Shown here: piece by piece, positions 12,850-25,779 of the stretch
How the letters are laid out: every line of letters begins with the position of its first letter
Position numbering within the stretch: position 1 is the stretch's first letter
Assembly: GCA_951406725.2 (NCBI GenBank)
Contig: OX597824.1
Location: 17,918,001 to 17,982,000, forward strand
DNA length: 64,000 bases
DNA from: Octopus vulgaris
Taxonomy: Eukaryota
Direction of reading: 5' to 3'
Translations under genes and position numbers: made by a program
Notes under the pieces: generated by a model
Database searches by the model: none
What the model was told of the DNA's origin: nothing
What the model saw: only the letters and a program-made list of their open reading frames with translations

Positions 12850-13050
12850 ATATATATATATGTATGAGTGTGTATATGTTTGTGTGTTTCTGTTTATGTC
12901 GCCGTAACGTATCGGTTCGACAAAAGAGACTGATAGACTAAGTACTAGGCTTACAAAGAAGAAGGAAGTCCTGGGATCGATTTCCTCGACTAAAGACGGC
13001 GCTCCAGCATGGCCGCAGACAAATGACTGAACCAAGTAAAAGAGTAAATA
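12850..13050 (+). mobile_element. SINE-A 3' half
   Basis: gtactaggcttacaaagaa...ctccagcatggccgcag...gtaaaagagtaa. Confidence 0.8.
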
Positions 13051-13368
13051 TTAAAAAGAGAGAGTATAGTGAGTGCTAGATCAAGGCAGCCAAACAGACA
13101 CTCGCCCTAAAATCGTTGACCTTTTGCTAATACGTGGAACCCCCTATTATTTCCACATCATTACCATTATTAATAAAATTATCATCAACATCGTTACATC
13201 AGCATCTTTATCGTTATGAATATGATCACCATCATAATTTTCGCTATCCTCTACATCCTCATTAATCTAATATTGGGGTTTTTAATGTTTCCTATTATAT
13301 TTACCTTCTTCTCTCTCCTCCCAACCACAATACGACATTAAAGGTAATAAAGCAATAAATTAACTCAC

Positions 13369-13381
13369 CTTTTCCTTTTGT
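13369..13381 (-). other. Candidate 13-nt microexon
   Basis: gttattacgattttctctag|ACAAAAGGAAAAG|gtgagt: consensus donor AAG|GTGAGT and a good acceptor in repeat-free sequence. Confidence 0.45.
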
Positions 13382-14197
13382 CTAGAGAAAATCGTAATAA
13401 CATAAATAATTACGCAATTAAACTAAGACAAAAGCAAAATGATACAGAATAAAATAAAATCAAATTTGTCTTCAAATTCGTCGAGAATATTTAACATTAA
13501 TATTAAGAAGGCAAGTCTATTGTTTCATTTATTTATGAATTTATTAATGTCGAAAATACATTATTTGCAGCTTACATATTCTCTCCCTCTGTCTCTCTCT
13601 GTCTCTGTCTCTGTATCTCTGTCTCTCTCTGTCTCTCTTGTGCATTTCTGTGTCTATCACGTTCATTTTCTTTGGAATTAATCGTTCACTTTCGTTTATT
13701 TCTTTTATATTATTTTCCTTCACCTTGCTATTGCTTATATTTTTTTTTCATACTAAATTCATTATTATTATTATTGTTATTAATATTTATTACCTATTGT
13801 TAGTTTTTCTTCTCTTTTACATCGTTTTAATCGGATTCACAGATTTACTCTTATGGAAAATATTCTTAAGAGCGCACGACAAATTTTCCATTCCTACTTT
13901 ACAGCTATTTTTTTCTGACTTTCTTTTCATTGGCATACAATCTTACATAGAAAATCTCAACTTTACCACCCAACCATCCACCCATCCACCCGTACATCGC
14001 CCATGATTTCACATTTCACCTATATAAAGTATGCCACATCAAACCAACTTGCATACCATTGCACTTCTGTAAATTAGCAGAACCAAATAACATTTCTTTA
14101 AAAAATAATGAAATTTCTCTTTATATGTAGTATTGTTATTTATACTTATTCTTGTAATAAACTTTGCTAAACGCAAATATATACACTATAAATAATA

Positions 14198-14510
14198 AGG
14201 TAAAGACCCCCTTCGGTCATGAATGACCATGGGATTGCACCTAGAAAGTTACCCTCCTAGTCACAAGTCTGGGCAAGGTTGTTTATGGAAGACCAGCAGT
14301 CGCCCATGCATACCAGCCTCCCCTCTCCACGCCACCAGTGTTATCCAAGGGAAAAGCAAAGGGGCCGATACAGCTTGGCACCTGTGACGTCGCAACTCAT
14401 TTCTACAGATGAGTGAACTGGAGCAACGTGAAATAAAGTGCCTTGCTCAAGAGCACAACACGCAGCCCGGTCCGGGATTCGAGCTCACAACCTCACAATC
14501 GTAAGTTCGC
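14198..14510 (-). mobile_element. SINE family C copy (tRNA head truncated)
   Basis: Reverse complement of 21944-22287; B box GCTCGAATCCC followed by a CORE-like cttgagcaaggcacttt segment. Confidence 0.85.
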
Positions 14511-14515
14511 CTTCA

Positions 14516-14517
14516 AC

Positions 14518-14587
<70 letters not shown>

Positions 14588-14600
14588 GTAATAATAATAA
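14516..14600. repeat. (AAT)n microsatellite
   Basis: Direct reading. Confidence 0.97.
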
Positions 14601-14796
14601 TTGTCAGAGGCCAGGGAAAAGTGAGCAAAAACCTCGAGAAGTACGTGGAACAAATAGGGGCTGCAATAAGGGTGTAGCACTTGCAGAAAACAGCACTGAT
14701 TTTCGAGCACCCCAGAAAGTGCTCGAAAAAATAAGAGGAGTTACCTGAGTCCACCGGTGGAGAACAACTGAGCAAATGCAATGATAATGATAATAA
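14599..14796 (+). mobile_element. R4/Dong-like (REL-endonuclease) LINE 3' end
   Basis: IIVRGQGKVSKNLEKYVEQIG...LQKTAL resembles the R4/Dong C-terminal pattern (iiGalG...LQK.ALLgT); flanked by AAT repeats. Confidence 0.7.
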
Positions 14797-14902
14797 TTCT
14801 CTTGTGTTACGATTAATGATTGTGTTTACTGTAAATGCAAGGCCTGGAATTTAGAGAAGAAAGTCAATTGCGTTTGGTGCTACTTATATTAACGATACCA
14901 GC

Positions 14903-15048
14903 AGTAACTTGGCGATTCGGCAAAAGAGACCGATAGAATAAGTACTAGGCTTGCAAAAAATAAGTCCTTGTTGTCGATTTGCTCGACTAAAGGGGGTGCT
15001 CCAGTATGGCCACAGTCAAATAACTGAAACAAGTAAAGAGTAAAGAGT
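14903..15048 (+). mobile_element. SINE-A 3' fragment
   Basis: ttcggcaaaagagaccgatagaataagtactagg through gtaaagag tail. Confidence 0.82.
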
Positions 15049-15690
15049 TGAGACAGTCACTTCTAAACATTGTTTGTAGGTTGGTTGAGTTGTCAGAATC
15101 ATTTTTGTTATCCTTGTGTTGTTATGATAATGAACTCCATTAAAAAACGTCCACTAATAAAATATTTGTTTCTATTCAGCAGTTGTTTAAGACGTCGTGA
15201 ATATTTAGAGCTAAGACAAAATACAATTTTCTGTTACAATTGAAGAAAACTCTTGTTCGTTGAGTATATATTCCATTTTAACAACAGGACCTCCACTGAG
15301 TTAATATTTATTTTCAACTCCTTTGGTGGTATTCGAACTGTGAAGAAGCATAACTAAGTACTACAACGTAATTTATATCCCAGTCCTCTCTTCATATTCT
15401 GCTAAACCACCGCCCATAGAGGCATCAACATATTAAATATCATTAATTAACTTTTAGTTTTTATACGGATAATTCTAAAAAGTATTAAATAAATTTCTTT
15501 TTGGGAATTAATCTAGGATTAAAAGAAGAAAAAATATAAGTATTAAATATGAGTATTATATTAAAAAATTCCTACAGCTGTCGTATTTTTTTTTTCATTT
15601 TATAACTCTTATATCAGACATTTAGCAAAACTGAGAGTAAATAACTGAACATTTATTTTAATTGTGATGTAGTAGATTTTTAAGCATATT

Positions 15691-16093
15691 ACTCTTTACT
15701 CTTTACTCTTTTACTTGTTTCAGTCATTTGACTGCGGCCATGCTGGAGCACCGCCTTCTTAGGACTTATTCTTTATGAAGCGTAGTACTTATTCTATCGG
15801 TCTCTTTTGCCAAACCGCTAAGTTACGGGGACGTGAACACACCAGCATCAGTCGTCAAGCGATGTTGGGGGGGGGGGACAAACAGAGACACAAAAACACA
15901 CACACACACATATATATATATACATATATACGACAGGCTTCTTTCAGTTTCCGCCTACCAAATCCACTGACAAGGCTTTGGTCGGCCCGAGGCTATAGTA
16001 GAAGACACTTGCCCAAGGTGCCACGCAGTGGGACTGAACCCGGAACCATGTGGTTGGTAGAAAAGCTACCTACCACACAGCCACTCCTACGCC
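15691..16093 (-). mobile_element. Near full-length SINE-A
   Basis: tRNA-like head (A box TGGCTGTGTGG, B box GGTTCAGTCCC), internal (TA)n(TG)n, (GTAAA(A)GA)n tail. Confidence 0.92.
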
Positions 16094-16980
16094 TGTCAGG
16101 TTTCATTGAGATCTGTGCCCCAAAGTTGACCCGACTTTGACCACAGCACCTTTGCTGAAAAGCTACATATCTAAAACTTCACTACACAACACGACATTTT
16201 GTTTCTTTATAACATCACAGCATGCAATTGAAATTAGATTTAGTCGGTATTGTAGTTTCAGTGGTTTTGTAGTTACACTTGGATCTCAATCAAGTTTTGT
16301 TTTTAGATATTGAAGAATATGAGAACATTTTCCTTTTTAGTACACTGCTTTCCGCTGGTCAGATTCATATAGAGTGTATTCAGTTGGACATTGTACACTC
16401 GATAATTGTTGAATCATTCTTATTTCGTTTGGTAATCACACCAGGATTTGTCCAACCAAAATAGCATGTGCATACGGCATGCATGAATGTAATAAATTTG
16501 TCATTTTCCCGTTATATATTGAAATTTTAATGTTTGCGAGTAGAAACACAACTACCATATAGTTCTCTATTTCCGCTTCATGCAGTGCTAACTGTACTAA
16601 GCTTCAAATCACAGAGGTTTTTCAATGATATATGACTTCTTTCTCCCAGAAAACCCGGGTTGTTAACCTCTAGACCAACAGTTTTTAGTTTTTGTAAATA
16701 GGGCTGGTGCCTCAGCATAATTGATTGGGAAGAACAGAAGAATAAGCTCCAGTACATGTATTTCATTTATCGGAACCGTACTCAAAGCAGAGAGAACAGA
16801 GGCAGATAACGTAATGACTTTTGGCCGAAATGTTAACCACTCTGCCACTCCGCCGCCTCATATAGCTAAGGACCAATAGAATTTAATGTTACAACGTATA
16901 CTCAGAATTTTTCGTTAAAAAGAATTTAAACAATCTAAGAATATATATCTCTATATTCGATGTATCTATCTATATATATA

Positions 16981-17153
16981 CATACTTTATTTAAAAGCAG
17001 CAGAAATGTAACAAAAGCTGTTACTCCAAGTTTCACGTTCCAGTTCGTCGGACAAAACGTTACATTACTGCTGCTTTTAAATAAAGCATATTACTCTACC
17101 TCTGGTATTTGAGTACTCTTTGCCATCTTGTTTCACATTTCTGTGCTTACTCC

Positions 17154-17155
<2 letters not shown>
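16981..17155. mobile_element. Penelope-type fragment with inverted duplication, between (TA)n tracts
   Basis: 28-bp inverted arms at 16985-17012 and 17059-17086 (27/28) enclose a hammerhead-like motif. Confidence 0.65.
17018..17055 (-). ncRNA. Minimal type I hammerhead ribozyme-like motif (variant core)
   Basis: ttgt-CCGACGA-AC-tggaac-GT-GAAA-C-ttgga-GTA-acag; stems I-III can pair; core is CCGA rather than CUGA. Confidence 0.5.
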
Positions 17156-17193
<38 letters not shown>

Positions 17194-17205
17194 CATACAT
17201 ATATA

Positions 17206-17274
<69 letters not shown>

Positions 17275-17825
17275 AATAGATATGAGTATATATATATGCG
17301 TGAGAGAGTGTGTTTTGTGTTTGTGTGTGGGTACATGTTTGAGTGTGTGTGATTGAGTGTGTGTGTGTTGACAGATTTGTTCAATGTTGAGCTATGTAGC
17401 AACGTACAATCAGGCAATCATAGCATGCTTTTCTGCTGAGTATCATCGACAGGAACAACAACAACAACAGCAACAGCAAAACCAAGAACAGCCACAGCAC
17501 GACTGCCATACCAACAGCCGCATTTCAACAGTAAATCTTAGAAAATTATGTACATTATGCTTCTGCAGCCTTTTCAGAAATATTTCGAAATTCATTTACA
17601 TATTTTTACTTTAGTTGGAGATTCTATCTCAATTTTGTATAATAAATAATAATTCTTTGGCGATATTGGACGCAATATATCTTGAGGGAATACCTTCCGG
17701 GCAATGTTGCATTTTACAGCGTCAATAATTGCTTTTAACGTTAGTTTAATTTCTATAATTTTATTTGTGTGTGTGCGTATATATATATATATATATGTAT
17801 ATCTGTATATATATGCATAAATATT

Positions 17826-17914
<89 letters not shown>

Positions 17915-18170
17915 ATATATGTATGGTTATATATGTATATATGTATATATATATGTGTGTGTGTGCACATATGAATGCATGCATGTGTGCATGTGTGTGT
18001 ATATATACGCCCGGTCACATACACCTACAGACCTTCACTTATACGGGTAGCTGCGTATGTTGGTGAAAAATAGAGAGCAAGAGAGAAGGTTGCGAGGACA
18101 AGGGGAAGGAAATTACTTAAATATGTACATGACTAGATAAACAGGTAGGTAGGTAGGTATGAAGGTAGGT

Positions 18171-18355
<185 letters not shown>

Positions 18356-19534
18356 GAAAAATAGATTCATAGAAGTGTATTCGGGTACGAGACAATGATT
18401 ATATTTACAGTGCGATGAAGAAGCAGATACAGAGGTAAATAGATATGTAAATAGAGATGGAGTGAGACCGAAAGAAATATATAGAAGTGGAGTGAGAAAG
18501 AGAGAGCCAAGAAGGCAAGGAATTGTAGATTGTTAGACAAAGCAAGAGAGAGAGAGAGGGAGGAGAGTGACAGTGTATTTGTGCATGTGTGAGGTAGAGA
18601 AAGAGAAAATTATAGAAAATATAAGCTGTAAGAAACTGGCGTTAAAATGTTCGAATTTAACATGCATAGAACTTTAGAAAGAAACGGATGGATTTTGAGA
18701 CTAAGGAAGAAATATCTATTATGTTAATAACTCGGTTAGCGCACGGAAATTTCGGCAAGTGAGAAAGGGAATAATGTACTGAGGTGGAAAGAAAGATGGG
18801 TGAACGAGTTATCATGGGAGTCGATAACACATTAAAATTGAAGATGGCCGACAGATACACAGAGAGAGAGAAAACCAGAGTGGGCTTGAGCTGGTTGGAT
18901 ATAATATAGATATATAAATTGATAGATAGAAGTACTGGTATATAGTCAGATTGCCAGACAAATAGATAGATAGAGTGAGATTGATACGTACACATGTTTT
19001 TGCGTATATATAGAAGTATCGACAAGCCAAAAGAAAGTTAATTGCAGATGAAGATACATAGATGGACAAAGAGGCAAAGAGAAAGATGAGTGGATAGACA
19101 AAGGAACGGATTCATAGGTAAATATATCGGAAAACAAATGGAGATGGACAGAGACAAAAGTACTGTAATACACATGAATATAGTTAGCTAGTCATGTACA
19201 TATATAGATAAATCGACAGCCATTAGGAATGGGCGACTGATAAATATATATTCAGAGATATATAGTCAGATAAATATATATAAACACACGAGGATATAAA
19301 GTCAGAGATACAGAGACAGAGGGGCATGTATGTGGTTAGGCAGACAGACAGGCAGATAGATAGAAAGATAGATAGATATATAGATAAAAAGATAGGTATG
19401 AAAAGTCAAGGATAAATATATAAATAGAATGTTAACTAGACTGATAAATAAATACACAATTATAACGTTAACTGGAAATATATAAAGATACGCAATCAGA
19501 AAAATGACCAGATATTGGTAGCTAGGTATAGCTA

Positions 19535-19563
19535 GCTAGATAGATAGACAGGTAGACAGACAA

Positions 19564-19648
<85 letters not shown>

Positions 19649-19692
19649 GAGATAGATAGGTAGATAGATAGATAGATTGATAGATAGATAAC

Positions 19693-19763
<71 letters not shown>

Positions 19764-19860
19764 GCAGACAGAAAGAGAGTTAGATATAGAGAGAAATAGA
19801 TAAATAGATAGATAGATAGATAGATAGATAAAAAACAGATAGATATATATAGATGAGCAA

Positions 19861-19956
<96 letters not shown>
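19535..19956. repeat. (AGAT)n/(AGAC)n microsatellite block
   Basis: Direct reading. Confidence 0.95.
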
Positions 19957-20462
19957 GAGAGCTACAAGAAGCAGACTATGAATTTAACAAAAAAATAATA
20001 GTAATATAAAAAAAAGTTTGTGAGATAGAGGAGCAATTTAAAGGACATACTAACAATAATTGGCATATTATGAAAATAGTTACTGTTCGGTGTTTATAAG
20101 TGAACGAAAAAGAAAACACTGCAGAAATGAAAATAAAATATAATACAAAGAACAACAACATAATAACATACTATTCGAGAAATAAATGCATATAAATATA
20201 ATTAAATGCATACACACACACACACATATACATACAAACATATATATATATAATATATGGATGGATGTATGCAAGTAACATAAATAAAATAGTAAACGAA
20301 AAGTGAATAACATAATCACTGTTTATTTTCATCAAATTATACATTAATTTATTTATAATTGTTCCTTGAAATATTATTTTAGATATAAAATCGTTTTCAA
20401 CATATTTTCCATTTGATTTCCGGCGATGCACTACGTTTCGTGTCATACTTATGGCAACCAAG

Positions 20463-20619
20463 TCAAATTAGAACTTCTCCAATTTCTTTAAGCATTTTCT
20501 CCCTGCAATTTATTTTGTACGCATCCGGTTTCGGCGTATTGTAATGGAATGGTGGCCGGAGGCGATAAGTTTTCAATTCAAAGAACTTGTAGAAAAATTC
20601 AAAATCACTAAAAATTTCT
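20463..20619 (-). other. Candidate terminal coding exon
   Basis: Acceptor atttcgtttggttgcag, then 51 sense codons EIFSDFEFFYKFFELKTYRLRPPFHYNTPKPDAYKINCREKMLKEIGEVLI to TGA; the other two frames close early; no homology recognised. Confidence 0.33.
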
Positions 20620-20702
20620 CTGCAACCAAACGAAATAATCTTACATGCCTATTTGCATGTATGTATACATATACTTAGACATATACCTGTATGGATTTAT
20701 AC

Positions 20703-20746
<44 letters not shown>

Positions 20747-20876
20747 GGATACGCACACATTTTCACACTTATATATAATACAAATCGAATACTTCCACGT
20801 ATTTACATAGTTAAATAAATATCCATATACATGTATGTACACATCTTTAGTGTGCATATACACAAACACATGTATA

Positions 20877-20987
<111 letters not shown>

Positions 20988-21003
20988 TATATATATATGC
21001 ATA

Positions 21004-21045
<42 letters not shown>

Positions 21046-21514
21046 TATATTCTACCTTGTCAGACATATAAACAGTATTGCATGCTCATACTCATTTATT
21101 TACACAGCTACATATATATTCAAATGGCTTCCAGCTTTTCATTTTTCTGATATACAAAACCGTGTTCAAATATGGAAGCTAAATTTTCACGCATATGTTT
21201 CCTCGCACACAAACTTCTTTTCGTCTTGTTCTTTCTGTATATAATATGCATAAATTAACTGTACATTTATGCATATTATTTATATAATGTAGTGTTTTAT
21301 TTATTAGTAATTATAATAATATTCTTCCAACGTATTTCTCCCCAAAGTCTTGTTGTTGTTCATGTTTTAACCTAGATTAGCCCTATTCGAGCAGAACTAG
21401 AAGGAAAAGGAATGCTATCCAGACGTATCGTTTATTGAACTATAATAGATCCTGTACTTGCATCCAGTAGGGTTTTACCTCTTTATCAACGTTGCAATAT
21501 ATGAGTTGAGAAAG

Positions 21515-21745
21515 ACGGCGAACTGGCAGAAACGTTAGCACGCCGGGCGAAATGCTCAGCAGTATTCCGTCTGTCGCTACGTTCTGAGTTCAAATTCCGC
21601 CGAGGTCGACTTTGCCTATCATCCTTTCGGGGTCGATTAAATAAGTACCAGTTACGCACTGGTGTCGATATAATCGACTTAAGCCGTTTGTCTGTCCTTG
21701 TTTGCCCTGTCTGTGTGTAGCCCCTTGTTGGTAGTAAAGAAATAG
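21515..21745 (+). mobile_element. Full-length SINE-B
   Basis: Head, central domain and tail agccccttgttggtagtaaagaaata. Confidence 0.92.
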
Positions 21746-21943
21746 GTATTAGAAGAAAGACGTAAAAAGGAAGGTCATGTCCCTAACTGAACAAGGGATT
21801 TCCATCAGCTATTCTTAAAATGAACACACATGCGCGCACACAATCATACGGATATATTTGAGTGCATATGTATTTGTATGTATGTACGTACGTATCTATG
21901 TAGGTACGTTTACGTGCATGTATGTACGTATGTTTTTTTCAAT

Positions 21944-22287
21944 GAAGGCACATGGCTCAGTGATTAGAGCGTCGAGCTGACAATCGTGAGGTTGTTAGCT
22001 CGAATCTCTGACTGGGCTGCGCGTTGTGTTCTTGAGCAAGACACTTTATTTTCACGTTGCTCCAGTTCACTCAGCTGTAGAAATGAGTTGCGACATCACT
22101 GGTGCCAAGATGTATCGGCCCTTGCCTATCCTATGGATAACACTGGTGATGTGGCGAGGGGAGGCCGGTATGCATGGGCGACTGCTGGTCTTCCATAAAA
22201 AAAAAAGCAACCTTGCCCAGACTTGTGCCTCAGAGAGTAACTTTCTAGGTGCAAGCCCATGGTGAGTGTCATGACCGAAGGGGGTCA
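21944..22287 (+). mobile_element. Full-length SINE family C
   Basis: A box TGGCTCAGTGA, B-box-like GCTCGAATC, CORE-like central segment; homologous to 14198-14510. Confidence 0.87.
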
Positions 22288-22559
22288 GAAACAAGCTAGA
22301 GAAACCACCGAAGAGAACACTGCATGTTGATGCTTTACAAACGAAGTCTCTTGGTGTATTTATTCCACATTGAAATAGTGATATTTATTTGTCACTCTCG
22401 CCGTTATCTATGAAGTGAGTGGGAAATTAGCTCACTGGAAACCGTAACCAAGGACGCTATAGTTCACGCGTTGTTATATTTTAAAATAAGCAGCGTTGCT
22501 AGTTCTAAAGTCTCTATGAAAGATGCAAATATTAAATCTACTGAAAAGTAACGGTCAGT

Positions 22560-22685
22560 ACCACCTTTGCCTTTCATCCTTTCGGGGGCGATAAATTAAG
22601 TACCAGTAGCATACCGTAGTCGATCTGGTCGACTGGTTCCCTTCCACAAAATTTCGGGCCTTGTGCCTAGAGTAGAAAAGAATAT
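22560..22685 (+). mobile_element. SINE-B 3' fragment with alternative tail (B2)
   Basis: ctttgcctttcatcctttcgggg...aatttcgggccttgtgcctagagtagaaaag. Confidence 0.85.
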
Positions 22686-22841
22686 ATGATCCGAGAGAAA
22701 TTTTGCTGCTATTATAGACGCTCCTTCCGTGGCCGTCTTTTTTGTGTTTGGATGAACAAATTTTCTTTATTTAATCGTTCTCGTATAGAAGTTGTTTCTT
22801 GCACTGGTAGATTGAGATATATATATATATACATATATATA

Positions 22842-23260
22842 GGCGTAGGAGTGGCTGTGTGGCAAGTAGCTTGCTAATGAACCATATGGTTCCAGGTTCA
22901 GTCCCACTGCATGGCACCTTGGGCAAGTGTCTTCTACTATAGCCTCGGGCCGACCAAAACCTTGTGAGTGGATTTGGTAGACGGAAAATGAAAGAAGCCC
23001 GTCGTATATATGTACATATGTGTGTGTATGTGTTTGTGTGTGTGTGTGTATCTGTGTTTGTCCTCCCCCATCATCACTTGACAACTGATGCTGGTGTGTT
23101 ACGTCCCCGTAACTTAGCGGTTTGGCAAAAGAGACCGATAGAATAAGTACTAGGCTTACAAAGAGTAAGTCCTGGGGTCGATTTGCTCGAATAAAGGCGG
23201 TGCTCCAGCATGGCCACAGTCACATGACTGAAACAAGTAAAAGAGTAAAAGAGTAAAGAG
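22842..23260 (+). mobile_element. Full-length SINE-A
   Basis: Complete head, internal microsatellite and (GTAAAAGA)n tail; inserted between (TA)n tracts. Confidence 0.93.
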
Positions 23261-23362
23261 ATATATATATATATATATATGCATGTGTGTATGTGTGTGT
23301 AAAATAAAAAAATCCATATTAAGTTCAAGACATCACCAAAAATTGAAAAATAGTAAATACAC

Positions 23363-23915
23363 AGATAAATACAGGACAAAAGAAGTTTAACTCCTCCTTA
23401 CTTGTTGATTGTTTTACTACTCCTTATTTCGTATTTTTAACAAAATAATGTGTAGTAAAACAGTCGACACCTGAGGAGGAGTTGGACTTCTGTTGCTATT
23501 TTGTCCTGTATTTATCTCAGTTTCTAAACTGAGGAACATGCCCCAACCTACTGGAAGGTTCGTAATTCCTATTCAAACAAGGAGAGAAGCTCGCATTTAA
23601 AACCAACTTCACTTGTGACTTCGGGAATCTAATTTATGTTATAACTTGCTCAGGTTGTGAACATAACTATATAATACAGACAAGTATGACATTGAAAAGG
23701 ACAACCACACTACATAAGGAACAGATCCAGTTCCTGCATTGCACAGTGATTCATTTGAGTGAACATATAGACAGATGTGCAGGTAATATCGAACCAAACT
23801 TCACAGTTTTCCCCATCTACCAGCGCAAGAAGCAATTTCTATACAAGAACGTTTAAATAAAGAAAATTTGTTCATAAAAAAATACAAAACGTGTGTAAAT
23901 ATGAACGCATAACCA
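23363..23915 (+). mobile_element. Penelope-like element remnant: GIY-YIG endonuclease region preceded by an inverted repeat
   Basis: Frame reads GTCPNLLEG...NFTCDFGNLIYVITCSGCEHNYIIQT...LSEHIDRC...RLNKENLFIKKY, the PLE GIY-YIG pattern; inverted arms at 23363-23420 and 23452-23517. Confidence 0.8.
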
Positions 23916-24270
23916 ACTTTGATCTCAGTATATATTTTAATTCCTGATCACATACCCATCACTATGCATATTTCTTCTCACTACTTCAGCTTTTTAGTTT
24001 TTGTGTATATTCATCCCCTCCCCGAAAGATGAGCAATTACCTCCCCTCTCCCTAATAATAGCGATCACCAATTATTTGCCCTTAGATTTTTCTACGTATT
24101 GGATCATTCATTCATAAACTTCTCCACCCACAACATGGAGTAAAATCTTCTTAAGAAAATACGTAATTACAATAATTTCAATGTCATGATTAACAAAAGC
24201 GATAAACACAATATCAGATATATTGAGAAATATATCATAACCATGTAGAGTGTGTGTATTTTCATTCTTA

Positions 24271-24321
<51 letters not shown>

Positions 24322-24323
<2 letters not shown>

Positions 24324-24465
24324 TTGTTTCTTTCTGTGTTCCTTTCTGCACAAGAGCGTATGCTCGAAACGTAAAAGACTGTTTCTATTCCTGTGCGTTA
24401 TACTAATTCATCTGTTTGTTTTCTACACCACCAATCTTCGTCTTTTGTTTTTTCGTGAATTCTCT
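24322..24465 (+). mobile_element. Short hammerhead-bearing element (family H1), degenerate core at 24342-24377
   Basis: Homologous to 56770-56957 and to 34457-34620 (-); cttt-CTGCACA-A-GAGC-gtat-GCTC-GAAA-CGTA-aaag; flanked by microsatellites. Confidence 0.72.
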
Positions 24466-24466
24466 T

Positions 24467-24558
<92 letters not shown>

Positions 24559-24609
24559 CGTGTGTGTGTATGTGTGTGTGTGTATACGTATATCAATATA
24601 TATGCGAGT

Positions 24610-25550
24610 TTTGAAGTGTGCAATTCAATTTTAACAATTATTTTCTCAAAACTATAATGGAAGTAACAAAGGAGCATATTCGGCATATTTCGCTTTGTGA
24701 GTTCAATAAAGGCAGCAACGCAATGAAAAGTGTGAGAAATATTAATGCAGTATATGTGGATCGGAGATTAAGCATAAGCCAGTGTCAACGAAGTTTCCAG
24801 AAATTTTGCGCCGGAAACTATGGCCCAGAAGAAGAGCGTCGTCCTGGAAGATCTGTAGCGCTCAACGAGGGCGTCCTGCAATATCTGGTGGAAGGAAATC
24901 GGGGAACTAGGAGAAAAGCTTGGATTTGGTCATTTAGCCATTCGTCGACATATTCGTGCCAACGGAAAATTCAGCAAATTGGGTCAATGTGTTCCTCACA
25001 AACTTTCCCACTCTAATCGCACAGAGAATGAATGTGTGCTCTTCTTTACTGTCACTTTTCACTAATGACCCATTTATGGTTCGTATAGTAACTGGCGATG
25101 AGATATGGGTTCCCTATAAAAATATCAAGCGCCGAAGACAGTGAGTAGGGAAAGGAGAAACACTGGCACGACAGACTAAAGAAAAACAACCATCTTTGGT
25201 TTCAAGATGAAAAGTACTCTTCCATTAGGTTAATGATATGCCACGTACCGCTAGGATAACATCCCAAAGTCTGGAGCAGTTTGAATGAGAAACGATGTAC
25301 CACCCACCATATTCGCCGGACATTGTTCCCTCTGATTATCATTTATTCTGCAGTCTTCAAAATCATTTAGACGGAAAAAATACGAATTCTGTACACGAGG
25401 TCAGAACAGTTTAACAGGAGTATTTTTCGTCACGGATGGAAGAGCATTGTAGAAAATGAAGGAGAGTATATCTTAGATTAAAAAAGAAGTATATTTTAAT
25501 TATGAAAAACAAAAGTTTAAAAAAAGCGCAATATTTATGGGATCATCCAA
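24610..25550 (+). pseudogene. Degenerate mariner (DD34D-type) transposon
   Basis: MEVTKEHIRH N-terminus from 24657, IVTGDE, HPPYSPDIVPSDYHLF; frameshifts and deletions; right TIR-like ...tttatgggatcatccaa followed by TA. Confidence 0.9.
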
Positions 25551-25779
25551 TATATATGTGTGTGTGTTTTAAAATTCATGTTTAAAATTCGTGTTACTGT
25601 TACAAAGATTCAATCGTACGTCAATATGCGCTATGGGTTAAGTATTTCTTAAAATATGGAAACATGATATTCAATTATTTTTCAGGCTGTATAATCAATT
25701 ATTAGATCCATAGTTTATCAATACACAATGCAATTAGAAAGTACGTTTGCAATTTTCAAAAAGTTGGGCAACTAAAACT

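Noticed and set aside
15775-16140. Recurrent peptides such as HLPKVPRSGTEPGTMW, RPRKDERQSRPRRNLNSE and VSGFGRRKLKEA as a gene family
   Set aside because: They are chance frames of SINE-A and SINE-B.
24618-25480. Mariner regions (also 55960-56623) as a functional transposase or SETMAR-like gene
   Set aside because: Multiple frameshifts, stops and deletions; no SET domain.
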